This document shows positions 9,386 through 19,414 of a stretch of 64,000 nucleotides of DNA, piece by piece. Source of the stretch: Alphaproteobacteria bacterium. Its GTDB lineage: Bacteria > Pseudomonadota > Alphaproteobacteria > JAAXGF01. Within the stretch, counting starts at the first letter, position 1; the number at the start of each line of letters is the position of its first letter. The notes under the pieces were generated by a model. The model searched no databases, had not been told where the DNA came from, and was given only the letters and a program-made list of their open reading frames with translations. The position numbers were made by a program, and so were the translations under genes. The stretch spans positions 704,001 through 768,000 of the forward strand of contig CAUVXB020000001.1 in assembly GCA_963555825.3 (NCBI GenBank), given 5' to 3'.

Positions 9386-10687
9386 ATGTCGATTGCCTAC
9401 GCCGACGCCAACGACGGCTTCTTCACGCGCTCGCTCGCCGACGTCGACGCCGATATAAAGGCGTCGATCGACGAGGAGCTTCGCCGTCAAAACGACGGCA
9501 TCGAACTGATCGCATCCGAGAACATCGTGAGCCGCGCCGTGATCGAGGCGCAGGGTTCGATCATGACCAACAAATACGCCGAGGGATATCCGTCGCGGCG
9601 CTACTACGGTGGCTGCGAATTCGTCGATGTCGCCGAGACGCTGGCCATCGCGCGCGCCAAGGAGCTGTTTGGCTGCACGTTCGCCAACGTTCAGCCGCAT
9701 TCGGGCGCGCAGGCCAACCAAGGCGTCTTCATGGCATTGCTCAAGCCAGGCGATACCATCCTCGGCCTCGCGCTCGCCGCCGGCGGTCACCTGACCCACG
9801 GCGCGGCACCCAACCAATCGGGCAAATGGTTCAACGCAGTGCAGTACGGCGTGAACGAGGGCGACGGGCGTATCGATTACGACGCGCTCGCGCGCATCGC
9901 CGAAGAGTGTCGCCCGAAGCTGATCATCGCCGGTGGTTCAGCCTATCCGCGGGTTCTGGATTTCGCGCGTTTTCGCGAGATCGCCGATGCCGTCGACGCT
10001 AAATTGATGGTCGACATGGCGCATTTCGCGGGTCTCGTCGCGGCCGGCGTCCACCCTAGCCCGATGGCGCACGCCGATGTCGTGACCACGACGACGCACA
10101 AGACTCTGCGCGGACCGCGCGGCGGCATGATCCTGAGCAACGACGAAGACCTCGGCAAGAAGATCAACTCGGCGATCTTCCCCGGTCTTCAGGGCGGCCC
10201 GCTGATGCATGTGATCGCCGCCAAGGCGGTCGCTTTCGGCGAGGCGTTGACGCCAGCCTTCAAGGTCTATGCCCAGGCCGTTGCCGATAACGCGCAGACG
10301 CTCGCCACTACGCTGATGTCGCGCGGCTTCGATCTGGTCTCGGGCGGTACCGACACGCATCTCATGCTGGTCGATCTGCGCAGCAAGGGGCTGACCGGCA
10401 ACATCGCCGAACGAAGCCTCGAGAACGCGACGTTGACCTGCAACAAGAACGCCGTGCCGTTCGATCCCGAGAAGCCGATGGTGACCTCGGGCATCCGGCT
10501 CGGCACGCCGGCGGCGACAACGCGCGGTTTCGGCACTGACGAGTTCGGCCAGGTCGGCGACCTCATCGCCGACGTGCTCGACGCGCTGGTCGATAACCGC
10601 GATGACAACAGCGCCGCCGAATCGACCGCGCGCGAGCGGGTCGGGGCGTTGTGCCGGCGGTTTCCGATTTATCCCGATTTAATCTAA
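9386..10687 (+). CDS. glyA: Serine hydroxymethyltransferase
   Basis: [34 protein letters not shown]. Confidence 0.98.
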   Translation: MSIAYADANDGFFTRSLADVDADIKASIDEELRRQNDGIELIASENIVSRAVIEAQGSIMTNKYAEGYPSRRYYGGCEFVDVAETLAIARAKELFGCTFANVQPHSGAQANQGVFMALLKPGDTILGLALAAGGHLTHGAAPNQSGKWFNAVQYGVNEGDGRIDYDALARIAEECRPKLIIAGGSAYPRVLDFARFREIADAVDAKLMVDMAHFAGLVAAGVHPSPMAHADVVTTTTHKTLRGPRGGMILSNDEDLGKKINSAIFPGLQGGPLMHVIAAKAVAFGEALTPAFKVYAQAVADNAQTLATTLMSRGFDLVSGGTDTHLMLVDLRSKGLTGNIAERSLENATLTCNKNAVPFDPEKPMVTSGIRLGTPAATTRGFGTDEFGQVGDLIADVLDALVDNRDDNSAAESTARERVGALCRRFPIYPDLI

Positions 10688-10708
10688 GCCAGGCAGGGTG
10701 GGAGAAGT

Positions 10709-11167
10709 ATGTGGTGTCCGTTTTGCGGTAGTGACGATACCCAAGTCAAAGATTCGCGACCGACCGAGGACAACACGGCGATCCGGCGCCGGCGCCACTG
10801 CATCGCCTGCGAGTCGCGCTTTACGACTTTCGAACGGGTCCAGCTACGCGACCTGATGGTCATGAAGAAGAGCGGATCGCGGGCGCCGTTCGATCGCGAG
10901 AAGCTGTTGCGCTCGATTTCGATTGCGCTGCGCAAGCGGCCGATCGAGCCGGATCGCATCGAGCGCATCGTCAACGGCATCCAGCGTCGGTTGGAGAGCC
11001 GCGGCGAGACCGACATTCAGTCGAGCGTCATCGGCGAGATGGTGATGGACGCGCTCGCTGGCCTCGATCAGGTCGCCTATGTTCGTTTCGCGTCGGTCTA
11101 CCGCAATTTCCGCGAAGCGAAGGACTTCGAGAGTTTCGTCGAAAGACTGGGTGACGAAAACGACTGA
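10709..11167 (+). CDS. nrdR: Transcriptional repressor NrdR
   Basis: CPFC..DSR..IRRRRHC..RFTTFE, ATP cone, AYVRFASVY. Confidence 0.97.
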   Translation: MWCPFCGSDDTQVKDSRPTEDNTAIRRRRHCIACESRFTTFERVQLRDLMVMKKSGSRAPFDREKLLRSISIALRKRPIEPDRIERIVNGIQRRLESRGETDIQSSVIGEMVMDALAGLDQVAYVRFASVYRNFREAKDFESFVERLGDEND

Positions 11168-12278
11168 TTCCGCTGACGCGCACCACATGGCCGTGGCGCT
11201 GGGTCTTGCCCAGCGCGGCCTCGGTCGTGTCTGGCCCAACCCGAGCGTCGGCTGCGTCATCGTCAAGGACGGCCGCGTCGTCGGCCGTGGCTTCACGCAA
11301 CCAAAGGGGCGGCCTCATGCCGAGACCGAGGCGTTGCGGCACGCCGGGGAGAAGGCGCGTGGCGCGACCGCCTATGTCACGCTCGAGCCCTGCGCGCATC
11401 ACGGCGAAACGCCGTCCTGCGCCGACGCTCTGGTCTACGCCGGTATTGCGCGCGCCGTCGTGGCCATCGAGGACCCGTTTCATCTCGTCGCGGGTCGCGG
11501 CTTCGAACGCATGCGCGGCGCCGGGATCGACGTTGTAATTGGCGTGGGCCATGACTCGGCCAAGGCACTCAACGCCGGCTTCCTCATGAGCGTCGTCGAG
11601 GGACGCCCGCTGTTTACGCTCAAGACCGCGTCGACGCTAGACGGACGCATCGCGACACACACCGGCGAGAGCCAGTGGATCACCGGCGTGCCCGCGCGGG
11701 CACGAGCTCACGCCTTGCGGGCGAGCGCCGATGCCGTGATGGTCGGCATCGGCACGGCGCTGGCGGACGACCCACGGCTCGACTGCCGGCTGCCGGGACT
11801 CGCCGACCGATCACCGGTGCGTATCGTCGTCGACAGCCGCTCGCGTCTGCCCCTGACCAGCCGATTGGTCAGGACGGCGCGCGAGACGCCGACCTGGCTG
11901 CTCACATTGGCCGGCCAGGACGCGCGCCACCGCGCCTTCGCAGATACCGGGGTCGAGGTCATCGAGGTCGCGCCCGACGCCGATGGCAACCTCGACCTCG
12001 ACGCCGGCGCCGGCGCCCTCGGTGGCCGCGGGCTGACCCGGGTGCTTGTCGAAGGCGGCGGACGGCTGGCGGCCGGCTTGTTGCGCGCCGGTCTGGCCGA
12101 CCGGCTGGTGTGGTTCCGCGCGCCGCGGCTGATCGGCGGTGATGGCTTGCCGGCGAGCGAGGCCTTCGGCGTCGATCGTCTCGACGAGGCGCCCGCGTAC
12201 CAACGCATCGCTGTCGTCGAGGTCGGTAACGACGTCATGGAAACCTACGCGCGGATAACTTATACCAAGGATCAGTGA
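11151..12278 (+). CDS. ribD: Riboflavin biosynthesis deaminase/reductase RibD
   Basis: PNPSVG, HAE, TLEPC..C, SQWITG, VEGGG; last five residues and stop come from the MITE. Confidence 0.95.
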   Translation: MTKTTDSADAHHMAVALGLAQRGLGRVWPNPSVGCVIVKDGRVVGRGFTQPKGRPHAETEALRHAGEKARGATAYVTLEPCAHHGETPSCADALVYAGIARAVVAIEDPFHLVAGRGFERMRGAGIDVVIGVGHDSAKALNAGFLMSVVEGRPLFTLKTASTLDGRIATHTGESQWITGVPARARAHALRASADAVMVGIGTALADDPRLDCRLPGLADRSPVRIVVDSRSRLPLTSRLVRTARETPTWLLTLAGQDARHRAFADTGVEVIEVAPDADGNLDLDAGAGALGGRGLTRVLVEGGGRLAAGLLRAGLADRLVWFRAPRLIGGDGLPASEAFGVDRLDEAPAYQRIAVVEVGNDVMETYARITYTKDQ

Positions 12279-12523
12279 TAAAGACCCATAGAGATCGCGT
12301 CCGCTTTTTGCCGGGTAGGAAGGGAGCCGCAGGCGATGCAGCGCATCGGCTAGGGTTCCTGACGCCCTCCGGCGATAAGCGGACGCGACCCGAAGGGCGG
12401 CTTGCCGAGGCTCTCGGACGTCGTTGCGCCCGCCTTGCGATGCGCTGCATCGCCGCGACGGGCGCGCCTAGCCGAGAACCACGGCAAGCCGTCCCTATGG
12501 ATCTTTATCACTGATCCTTGGTA
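12263..12523. mobile_element. MITE copy 1 (261 bp, non-autonomous)
   Basis: 29-bp TIRs TACCAAGGATCAGTGATAAAGA(C/T)CCATAG, TTA on both flanks, homologous to 16158-16437. Confidence 0.9.
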
Positions 12524-12537
12524 TTAGGTTCCACGTC

Positions 12538-13119
12538 ATGTTCACCGGGATCGTCACCGACATGGGCGCGGTTCGCGCCGTCGACGCGCGCGGCGATACG
12601 CGTTTTACCATCACTGCGCCGTTCGACTGCGACACGGTCGCCATCGGTGCGTCGATTGCCTGCTCGGGCGCCTGCCTGACGGTGGTCGACAAGGGCGCCG
12701 ATTGGTTCGCCGTCGACGTCTCGGCCGAGACGCTGAGTTGCACGACGCTCGGCGCTTGGCGGGTGGGGGCCAAGGTGAACCTCGAGCGCTCGCTCAGGGT
12801 CGGCGAAGAACTCGGCGGGCATTTCGTGCTCGGCCATGTCGACGGCGTCGCCACGCTGACGGCGCGCGACCCGGTCGGCGGTTCCGAGCGTTTCGAGTTT
12901 ATCGCGCCGGACGATCTCGCGCGTTTCATCGCGGTCAAGGGATCGGTCGCGATCGACGGTGTCTCGCTCACCGTCAACCATGTCGACGGCGCGACCTTCG
13001 ACATCAACGTGATCCCGCACACGCTGAGCTGCACCATCTTGGGCGCGGCGGTGCCGGGCGAGCGCGTCAACCTGGAGATCGACGTCCTGGCGCGCTATGT
13101 TGCGCGCCTCAACCAATGA
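12538..13119 (+). CDS. ribE: Riboflavin synthase (alpha chain)
   Basis: MFTGIV N-terminus, GACLTV, NLERS, GHVDG, GVSLTV. Confidence 0.96.
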   Translation: MFTGIVTDMGAVRAVDARGDTRFTITAPFDCDTVAIGASIACSGACLTVVDKGADWFAVDVSAETLSCTTLGAWRVGAKVNLERSLRVGEELGGHFVLGHVDGVATLTARDPVGGSERFEFIAPDDLARFIAVKGSVAIDGVSLTVNHVDGATFDINVIPHTLSCTILGAAVPGERVNLEIDVLARYVARLNQ

Positions 13120-14240
13120 GGCCGGCCGTGGCGCAGGATTCGGATTTCCTATCGTCGATCGAAGAAGTCATCGAGGAGGCGCGCAACGGGCGCATCTTTA
13201 TCCTGGTCGATGACGAGAGCCGGGAGAACGAAGGCGACGTCGTCATCCCGGCGCAGATGGCGACGCCCGAGGCGATCAACTTCATGGCCAAACATGCCCG
13301 TGGGCTGATTTGCCTGGCGTTGACGTCCGGGCGTATCCGAGAATTGGGCCTGCCGCTGATGGCCAAGCACAACGAGTCGCGCCATCAAACCGCCTTCACC
13401 GTCTCGATCGAGGCGAAGGAAGGGGTCAGCACCGGCATCTCGGTCGCCGACCGTGCGCATTCCATCGCGGTCGCCATCGACCCGACCCGGGGGCGTGACG
13501 ACTTGAGCACGCCGGGCCACGTATTTCCGCTCGAGGCTAATGACGGCGGCGTCCTGGTCCGCGCCGGGCACACCGAGGCGGCGGTTGACATCGCACGCCT
13601 CGCGGGCCTCAACGCGTCGGGTGTGATTTGCGAAATCATGAACGACGACGGCACCATGGCGCGCATGCCGGACCTGGTTCAATTCGCGCAGTTCCATGGC
13701 CTCAAGGTGGCGACCATCGCCGACCTGATCGCCTATCGCCTGCGCTACGACACGATTGTCGAGCGGACCTTCGAAGGGCTGCTCGACAGCCGTTTCGGCG
13801 GTGAATTCGCCATGCAGATATTCACCAACAGCGTCGACGGCACCGAACATGTCGCGCTGATCAAGGGCGATGTGACGACGGCCGAGCCGGTCCTCGTCCG
13901 CGTCCATGCGCTCAACGTCTTAGACGATATTCTCGGCGGCGGCGGCGCATTGGCGTCGGCGATGCGGCTGGTCAGCGACGCCGGACGCGGCGTCGTCATT
14001 CTGATCCGCGAGCCGACGTCGGCCAGCCTGTCGGCGCGCTTGCGCGCCACGAGGGAGGACGTGGCGGGCGATCCCCATGGCGGCAATCTGCGCGAAGTCG
14101 GCATCGGGTCGCAGATTTTGCGCGAGCTCGGCGTGCGCGACATGATCGTGCTGTCGAACACCGAGCGCGCGATCATCGGCCTCGAGGGCTATGGCCTGAC
14201 GGTGGCCGGGTTCCAGCCGATTTCATCGGATGACGGCTGA
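13116..14240 (+). CDS. ribB: DHBP synthase with degenerate GTP cyclohydrolase II domain (RibBX-type)
   Basis: DDESRENEGD, GHVFPL, RAGHTEA, CEIMNDDG; C-terminal domain lacks Zn-binding cysteines. Confidence 0.9.
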   Translation: MRPAVAQDSDFLSSIEEVIEEARNGRIFILVDDESRENEGDVVIPAQMATPEAINFMAKHARGLICLALTSGRIRELGLPLMAKHNESRHQTAFTVSIEAKEGVSTGISVADRAHSIAVAIDPTRGRDDLSTPGHVFPLEANDGGVLVRAGHTEAAVDIARLAGLNASGVICEIMNDDGTMARMPDLVQFAQFHGLKVATIADLIAYRLRYDTIVERTFEGLLDSRFGGEFAMQIFTNSVDGTEHVALIKGDVTTAEPVLVRVHALNVLDDILGGGGALASAMRLVSDAGRGVVILIREPTSASLSARLRATREDVAGDPHGGNLREVGIGSQILRELGVRDMIVLSNTERAIIGLEGYGLTVAGFQPISSDDG

Positions 14241-14691
14241 CATGGCCGGCGGCCCGCATGTGCTGATCGTCGAGGCGCGTTTCTACGCCGACATTGCCGA
14301 CGAGTTGGTGCGCGGCGCCACCGCGACGCTGGCAGAGGCGGGGGCGACGTTCGATCGTACCACCGTGCCGGGCGCTTTCGAAATTCCGACGGCTATCGCG
14401 ATGGCCATCGACAGTGGGCGTTACGACGGCTATGTCGCATTGGGCTGCGTGATTCGAGGCGAGACCAGTCACTACGACTATGTCTGTGGCGAGAGTGCGC
14501 GGGGGCTCGCCGAACTCGCACGTGTCCATCGCGCGCCGATCGGCTACGGCATTCTGACCTGTGAGACGCGCGACCAGGCCTGGGCACGCGCCGCCGTCGA
14601 CGGCAACGGCAAGAACAAGGGGCGCGATACGGCCGAAGCGTGTCTTGCCTTGATCGCGCTCGGGCAAGACCTGGCAGGCGGTGGACAATGA
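14230..14691 (+). CDS. ribH: 6,7-dimethyl-8-ribityllumazine synthase
   Basis: ARFY, VPGAFEIP, LGCVIRGETSHYDYV, NKG. Confidence 0.96.
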   Translation: MTADMAGGPHVLIVEARFYADIADELVRGATATLAEAGATFDRTTVPGAFEIPTAIAMAIDSGRYDGYVALGCVIRGETSHYDYVCGESARGLAELARVHRAPIGYGILTCETRDQAWARAAVDGNGKNKGRDTAEACLALIALGQDLAGGGQ

Positions 14692-15194
14692 ACGACGACG
14701 CCGACGCCGAAGAGACCGCCGCGCCGCCTGTCGACCGGCGTCGCGCGGCGCGGTTGGCCGCGGTCCAGGCACTTTATCAGATCGAGATGAACGACGCCGG
14801 AGCCGACGAGGTCATCGCTGAGTTCGTCCGCCACCGCCTGGGCGCCGCCGACGACGGCGCGGCGTCGGCCGCGGCCGACCCCGAGCTGTTCGCCGATCTG
14901 GTGCGCGGCGCCTGCGCCCGGGGCGACGAGATCGACGCGCTGATTTCGGCAGCGCTGAGCGCGGATTGGACGCTTCATCGTCTCGAACTGTTGCTGCGGG
15001 CCGTGCTGCGAGTCGGCGTCTATGAGTTGGTCGGACGCCCTCAGGTACCGGCGCGCGTCGCCATCAACGAGAATATCGAGATCGCCCGCGATTTCTTCAG
15101 CCGCGGCGAGCCGGGTATGGTGAACGGCGTGCTCGACCGCATCGCTCGCGAGGTTCGCGCGGTCGAGTTTACCGAAACGGACGACGCCGGTTAA
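14688..15194 (+). CDS. nusB: Transcription antitermination factor NusB
   Basis: RRAARLAAVQALYQ, VAINE, VNGVLD. Confidence 0.95.
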   Translation: MNDDADAEETAAPPVDRRRAARLAAVQALYQIEMNDAGADEVIAEFVRHRLGAADDGAASAAADPELFADLVRGACARGDEIDALISAALSADWTLHRLELLLRAVLRVGVYELVGRPQVPARVAINENIEIARDFFSRGEPGMVNGVLDRIAREVRAVEFTETDDAG

Positions 15195-16145
15195 GTGGAC
15201 GAGTTCGACCTGATCGCCCGTCACTTCGCACCGCTTGCGAGCGGCGCGCCTTGCGCCTTCGGCCTGACCGACGACGCTGCGCTGGTCGAGGTCGGGCCGG
15301 GCCGGCGCCTGGTCGCCACCAAGGACATGATCGTCGCGGGCGTCCATTTCCTGGCCGACGACCCGGCCGACCTGATTGCCCGCAAGCTGTTGCGCGTCAA
15401 TCTCTCCGATTTGGCGGCGATGGGCGCCGAGCCGCTCGCCTACCTGTTGGCGATCGCACTACCGCGCGATGTGGATGATAGCTGGGTCGCCGGTTTCGCC
15501 GCCGGCCTCGGCGTCGACCAGGCGACGTTCGGCGTGCATCTCATCGGCGGCGACACGGTGGCGACCGACGGCCCCCTGACGGCTTCGATCACCGCGCTCG
15601 GCGAGGTCGAGGCCGATCATGCGCTGCGCCGCGCTGGCGCCCAGCCCGGCGACACCGTCTACGTCAGCGGCACGCTGGGTGATGCCGCGCTCGGGCTTCT
15701 GGTGCGACGCGGTGCTCTTACGGAGCTCGATGCCGATGCGCAAGCCTCGCTGATCGACCGCTACCGCCTGCCCAGGCCGCGCGTCGATCTTGGCCAGCGC
15801 TTGCAAGGCGTTGCGAGCGCCGCTATCGACATCTCCGACGGCTTGGTAGCCGACCTGGGCCACGTCTGCGTACAATCGGGTGTCGGCGCCGAGGTCGAGG
15901 CGGGTAGGGTGCCGCTGTCGCCAGCGGCGCGATCGGCGCTCGATGCGAACCCGGAACTGATGGCTAGCGTGATGACGGGCGGCGACGACTACGAGCTTTT
16001 GTTCACGGCGAGTTCGGCCGACGGGTTAACGGCGGACCCGCCGATCACGGCGATCGGACGGATCACCGATGGAAGCGGGGTCCAGGTGCTCGATGATGAA
16101 GGAGCGCCGATGACGTTCCCATCGGCCGGCTACCGCCACCGCTGA
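15195..16145 (+). CDS. thiL: Thiamine-phosphate kinase
   Basis: EFDLI, DDAAL, NLSDLAAMGA, GGDT, DISDGL, GGDDYEL. Confidence 0.96.
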   Translation: MDEFDLIARHFAPLASGAPCAFGLTDDAALVEVGPGRRLVATKDMIVAGVHFLADDPADLIARKLLRVNLSDLAAMGAEPLAYLLAIALPRDVDDSWVAGFAAGLGVDQATFGVHLIGGDTVATDGPLTASITALGEVEADHALRRAGAQPGDTVYVSGTLGDAALGLLVRRGALTELDADAQASLIDRYRLPRPRVDLGQRLQGVASAAIDISDGLVADLGHVCVQSGVGAEVEAGRVPLSPAARSALDANPELMASVMTGGDDYELLFTASSADGLTADPPITAIGRITDGSGVQVLDDEGAPMTFPSAGYRHR

Positions 16146-16157
16146 ACGGCGTGATGA

Positions 16158-16437
16158 TACCAAGGATCAGTGATAAAGGCCCCTAGAGACCGCGTCCGCT
16201 TTTCGCCGGTGAGGTAAGGGAGCCGCGGGCGATGCAGCGCATCGGCTAGGCAACCTGGCGCCCTCCGGCGATAAGCGGCCGCGACCCGAAGGGCGGCTTG
16301 CCGAGGCTCTCGCCCGCTATCAGATTGGCGGACGTCGTTGCACCCGTCTTGCGATGCGCTGCATCGCCACGACAGGCGCGCCTAGCCGAGAACCACGGCA
16401 AGCCGTCTCTAGGGGTCTTTATCACTGATCCTTGGTA
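16158..16437. mobile_element. MITE copy 2 (280 bp)
   Basis: 33-bp TIRs TACCAAGGATCAGTGATAAAG(G/A)CCCCTAGAGAC; flanks TGA/TTA; same internal arms as copy 1 plus an extra hairpin. Confidence 0.9.
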
Positions 16438-16704
16438 TTAACGCGTGTCGGCGGCACGGCCGGCGACCATCGCCCGGTCGGCGCGGTGGATCTCCTCGGC
16501 CAGCTTGTGGACGCGGTCGGCGTCCGGGGTGCCGTGGGCGATGACCACCGAAGCGCAGCGCTGGCGTTCGCTGAGCACGACCTTGATGACTGCCTTCTCG
16601 ATGACGTCGGTAGCGGCCTTGGCCTGGTCCTCTGTCGGTGTCGCGCCCAAGGACTCGAACACCGATTTGGCGATGCTGTCGGCGCGCTCGCGCAATGTCG
16701 TCAT
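16438..16704 (-). CDS. Small hypothetical protein (88 aa)
   Basis: SD GGGGGAGG, protein-like composition; its TAA stop is the MITE flank. Confidence 0.65.
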   Translation of the reverse strand: MTTLRERADSIAKSVFESLGATPTEDQAKAATDVIEKAVIKVVLSERQRCASVVIAHGTPDADRVHKLAEEIHRADRAMVAGRAADTR

Positions 16705-16824
16705 TATGGCCTCCCCCGATCTCTACGTTCGATTGCTTGGCCGTCGAGATTAGCACAGCGGCGCCGCCGCTGGTAACCCTAACACCGAATGTATCGCACC
16801 CGGTTCCTTGGACACAAGTTTGTC

Positions 16825-17736
16825 TCATGCGGCGGGCCTGAGTGACATCGCGGTGTGCCACGCCTGACGAGCTTGAGCGGGGCTCAGGTAGCCGTTCTTC
16901 TCCACGATCCACTGGGCATTGTACTGTTCGACGAACCCGCGGACGGCGTTCCGCAGCTCCGCGATGTTGCGGTAGATGCGGCCATGGATGATCTGTTCCT
17001 TGAGCGTGCGATTGAACCTCTCGGCGACGCCGTTGGTCTGGGGCTGTTCGACGAAGGCGTAGGACGGCTGGATGCCCCAGAACTTGATCTGGTTGGTGAA
17101 GTGGTCCGACAGATACTGGGAGCCGTGATCCATCCGCAAGGCCAGCCCCCGCGCCGCACCGGCGGAGGTCGAGGCATACAGCCTCGCAAGCCCCATGGAG
17201 ATCGGCTGAAGGGCGGCGAAGCGGTCGCCTCGCTTGCACACATGCCAGCCGACGCACTCGGCGTTCCAATGCTCGATGGCGGTGAATATCCAGCCCCAGC
17301 CGTCGTCCACCGTGAACACCCGAACGCCGTCCGTGCCCCACATGAGGTTGGGGGCATGGGTGATGATCTCACCGACATGGGGATTTCCGCCACGGCGGCG
17401 GCAGCGATGGGGCGAGAGCAGGTTGTTCTCGCGCATCACCCGGAGCCCCCGCTTGCGGGAAACACGGATGCCACGACAGACCCGAAGCCGAGCCCAGACC
17501 TTGCGGTGTCCCTCGCCCTCCCAGGGGGATGCCTCCAGGTCGGCCTCGATGGCCACCAGCAGAGCCTCGTCCGAGATCGAGGGCTTCGGTCCCCGGCGCT
17601 TTGCTGGTGGGCGCTCAGCGGTGGCCTGCTGCCGGGATTTCATGGCGTAGAACGAGGAACGGGCAAAACCCCAGGCCGCACAGACCCGCTGGAGGCCGTA
17701 GGCCAAACCCGTGCCGGGAGAGGTGGCGGCACTCAT
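16825..17736 (-). CDS. IS3-like transposase OrfB (rve DDE integrase)
   Basis: WGTD..DHGSQY..NGVAERFNRTLK, D-35-E spacing. Confidence 0.92.
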   Translation of the reverse strand: MSAATSPGTGLAYGLQRVCAAWGFARSSFYAMKSRQQATAERPPAKRRGPKPSISDEALLVAIEADLEASPWEGEGHRKVWARLRVCRGIRVSRKRGLRVMRENNLLSPHRCRRRGGNPHVGEIITHAPNLMWGTDGVRVFTVDDGWGWIFTAIEHWNAECVGWHVCKRGDRFAALQPISMGLARLYASTSAGAARGLALRMDHGSQYLSDHFTNQIKFWGIQPSYAFVEQPQTNGVAERFNRTLKEQIIHGRIYRNIAELRNAVRGFVEQYNAQWIVEKNGYLSPAQARQAWHTAMSLRPAA

Positions 17737-18164
17737 CGCCGCGACCTCCGCCGCCCCAAAGGGCCGGACGTCTCCGTCTTGGCCTCCAGCAGTTCCACCT
17801 GCATGATCAACTCCCCGATCCGCTTCATGGCGATGTCCAGTTCCGCCTTCACCGGATCGCCCTTGCGTTCCTTGAGCGAGGCATCGATCCCGGCGATCGC
17901 CTTCTCACGCCACTGCTCGAGCCGGAAAATCTCCACGCCCAACTGCCGCGACAAAAGTTCCACCGGCTCGCCACGCAAAAGCCGCAGGGCAACCTCACGC
18001 TTGCGCGTCACCGTCCACCGCTGGCCAAGTCCCAGCGGGCCTGCCGGCGAAACCTGGCCCGGGGAAAACGTGGACGAGCCAAGCTCGCCCTCGTTTACCA
18101 CAGGCCCATCAACAGCAACTTTGTTCTCAAAATTGTCGGTCATGTTCCGGTCCTCCTTGGACAC
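17733..18164 (-). CDS. IS3-like transposase OrfA (HTH)
   Basis: RKREVALRLLRGE..LSRQLGV HTH plus coiled coil; ATGA overlap with orfB. Confidence 0.85.
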   Translation of the reverse strand: MSKEDRNMTDNFENKVAVDGPVVNEGELGSSTFSPGQVSPAGPLGLGQRWTVTRKREVALRLLRGEPVELLSRQLGVEIFRLEQWREKAIAGIDASLKERKGDPVKAELDIAMKRIGELIMQVELLEAKTETSGPLGRRRSRR

Positions 18165-18232
18165 TTCGATTAAGCCAATTCTGTGTCCAAGGAAATCGGG
18201 TCCGACTCAACCCTAACACCGAAAATGAACTA

Positions 18233-19411
18233 GTGTCCTGATCGATAAATTGATATGATTATGTCTCTATTTGTTTTTAGGAGGCGCGATTGATGGCGAG
18301 AGTGGCGGTGACGATCTCTTTGAGCGATGACGAGCGCGCCGAATTGGAGGCGCTGTCTCGTCGTCGCAAGACGTCGCAGGGGCTTGCGCGGCGGGCTCGG
18401 ATCGTCTTGGCGGCGGCGGAAGGGTTGGAGAACAAGGAGATCGCCGTTCGTCTCGAGGCGAGCGCGGACACCGTGGGCAAGTGGCGTCGCCGCTATGCGG
18501 CGGAGGGCCTCGACGGTCTGTACGACGAACCCCGCCCCGGCGCGCCGCGTCAAATCGGCGATGACGCCATCGCGGAAGCGGTCCGGCTGACGCTGGAAGA
18601 GACGCCGCCGGACGCGACCCATTGGAGCCTTCGCTCGATGGCGCGGGCGAGCGGCCACGCGCCCTCGACCATTCATCGCATCTGGCGGGCCTTCGGCTTG
18701 CAGCCGCATCGCTCGGAGACCTTCAAGCTGTCGAGCGATCCCTTCTTCGTGGAGAAGGTCCGCGACATCGTCGGTCTGTATTTGGCGCCGCCGGATCGTG
18801 CCCTGGTTCTCTGTGTCGACGAAAAGAGCCAGATCCAGGCCCTGGACCGTTCCCAGCCCCTCTTGCCGATGCGCCCCGGGCAGGCGGAGCGGCGCAGCCA
18901 CGACTACAAGCGCCACGGCACGACCTCTCTCTTCGCGGCCCTCGACATCGCCACGGGAGAGATCATCGGCAAATGTTTCCCGCGCCATCGGGCCCGAGAG
19001 TTCCGCAAATTCCTCGACCTCGTCGAGGCGAACGTCCCTGCTGATCTCGACATCCACATCGTCATGGACAACTACGGGACCCACAAGACCAAGGCGATCC
19101 GCGACTGGTTCGCCAAACGGCCGCGCTGGCAGGCCCATTTCACACCCACCAGCGCCTCCTGGCTGAACCAGGTCGAGCGCTGGTTCGGGCTGCTGACCGA
19201 CAAGCAGATCAGGCGCGGCGTCCATCGCTCCACCAAGGAGTTGGAGCGCACCATCCTCGACTACATCGACACGACAAACCAGAACCCCAAACCCTTCAAA
19301 TGGACCAAATCCGCCGATGACATCCTCGGCGCCATCCAGCGCTTCTGCCTCCGAACAATCGAAATCGCTGAACAGCAGGCGAAAATCATGCGAACTTCGG
19401 AATCGGGACAC
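18233..19411 (+). mobile_element. IS630 family element copy 1 (1179 bp)
   Basis: TIR GTGTCCTGAT/ATCGGGACAC, TA duplication in a CTAG target; matches 27527-28705. Confidence 0.95.
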
Positions 19412-19414
19412 TAG
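18290..19414 (+). CDS. IS630 family transposase
   Basis: [34 protein letters not shown]. Confidence 0.96.
   Translation: MMARVAVTISLSDDERAELEALSRRRKTSQGLARRARIVLAAAEGLENKEIAVRLEASADTVGKWRRRYAAEGLDGLYDEPRPGAPRQIGDDAIAEAVRLTLEETPPDATHWSLRSMARASGHAPSTIHRIWRAFGLQPHRSETFKLSSDPFFVEKVRDIVGLYLAPPDRALVLCVDEKSQIQALDRSQPLLPMRPGQAERRSHDYKRHGTTSLFAALDIATGEIIGKCFPRHRAREFRKFLDLVEANVPADLDIHIVMDNYGTHKTKAIRDWFAKRPRWQAHFTPTSASWLNQVERWFGLLTDKQIRRGVHRSTKELERTILDYIDTTNQNPKPFKWTKSADDILGAIQRFCLRTIEIAEQQAKIMRTSESGH

Larger units (their letters stand above)
16790..18209 (-). mobile_element. IS3-like insertion sequence copy 1 (1420 bp), 14-bp TSD
   Basis: TG..CA ends, imperfect TIR containing TTCCTTGGACACA, ACCCTAACACCGAA at 16776-16789 and 18210-18223. 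Confidence 0.92.

Noticed and set aside
12275-12514. 79-aa ORF between ribD and ribE
   Set aside because: Lies wholly inside the MITE; no protein-like features and not preserved in copy 2
16790-16825. CCTTGG core shared by the IS3-like TIR and the MITE TIR
   Set aside because: Only 6-7 bp, internal, with different end and TSD rules; likely coincidence
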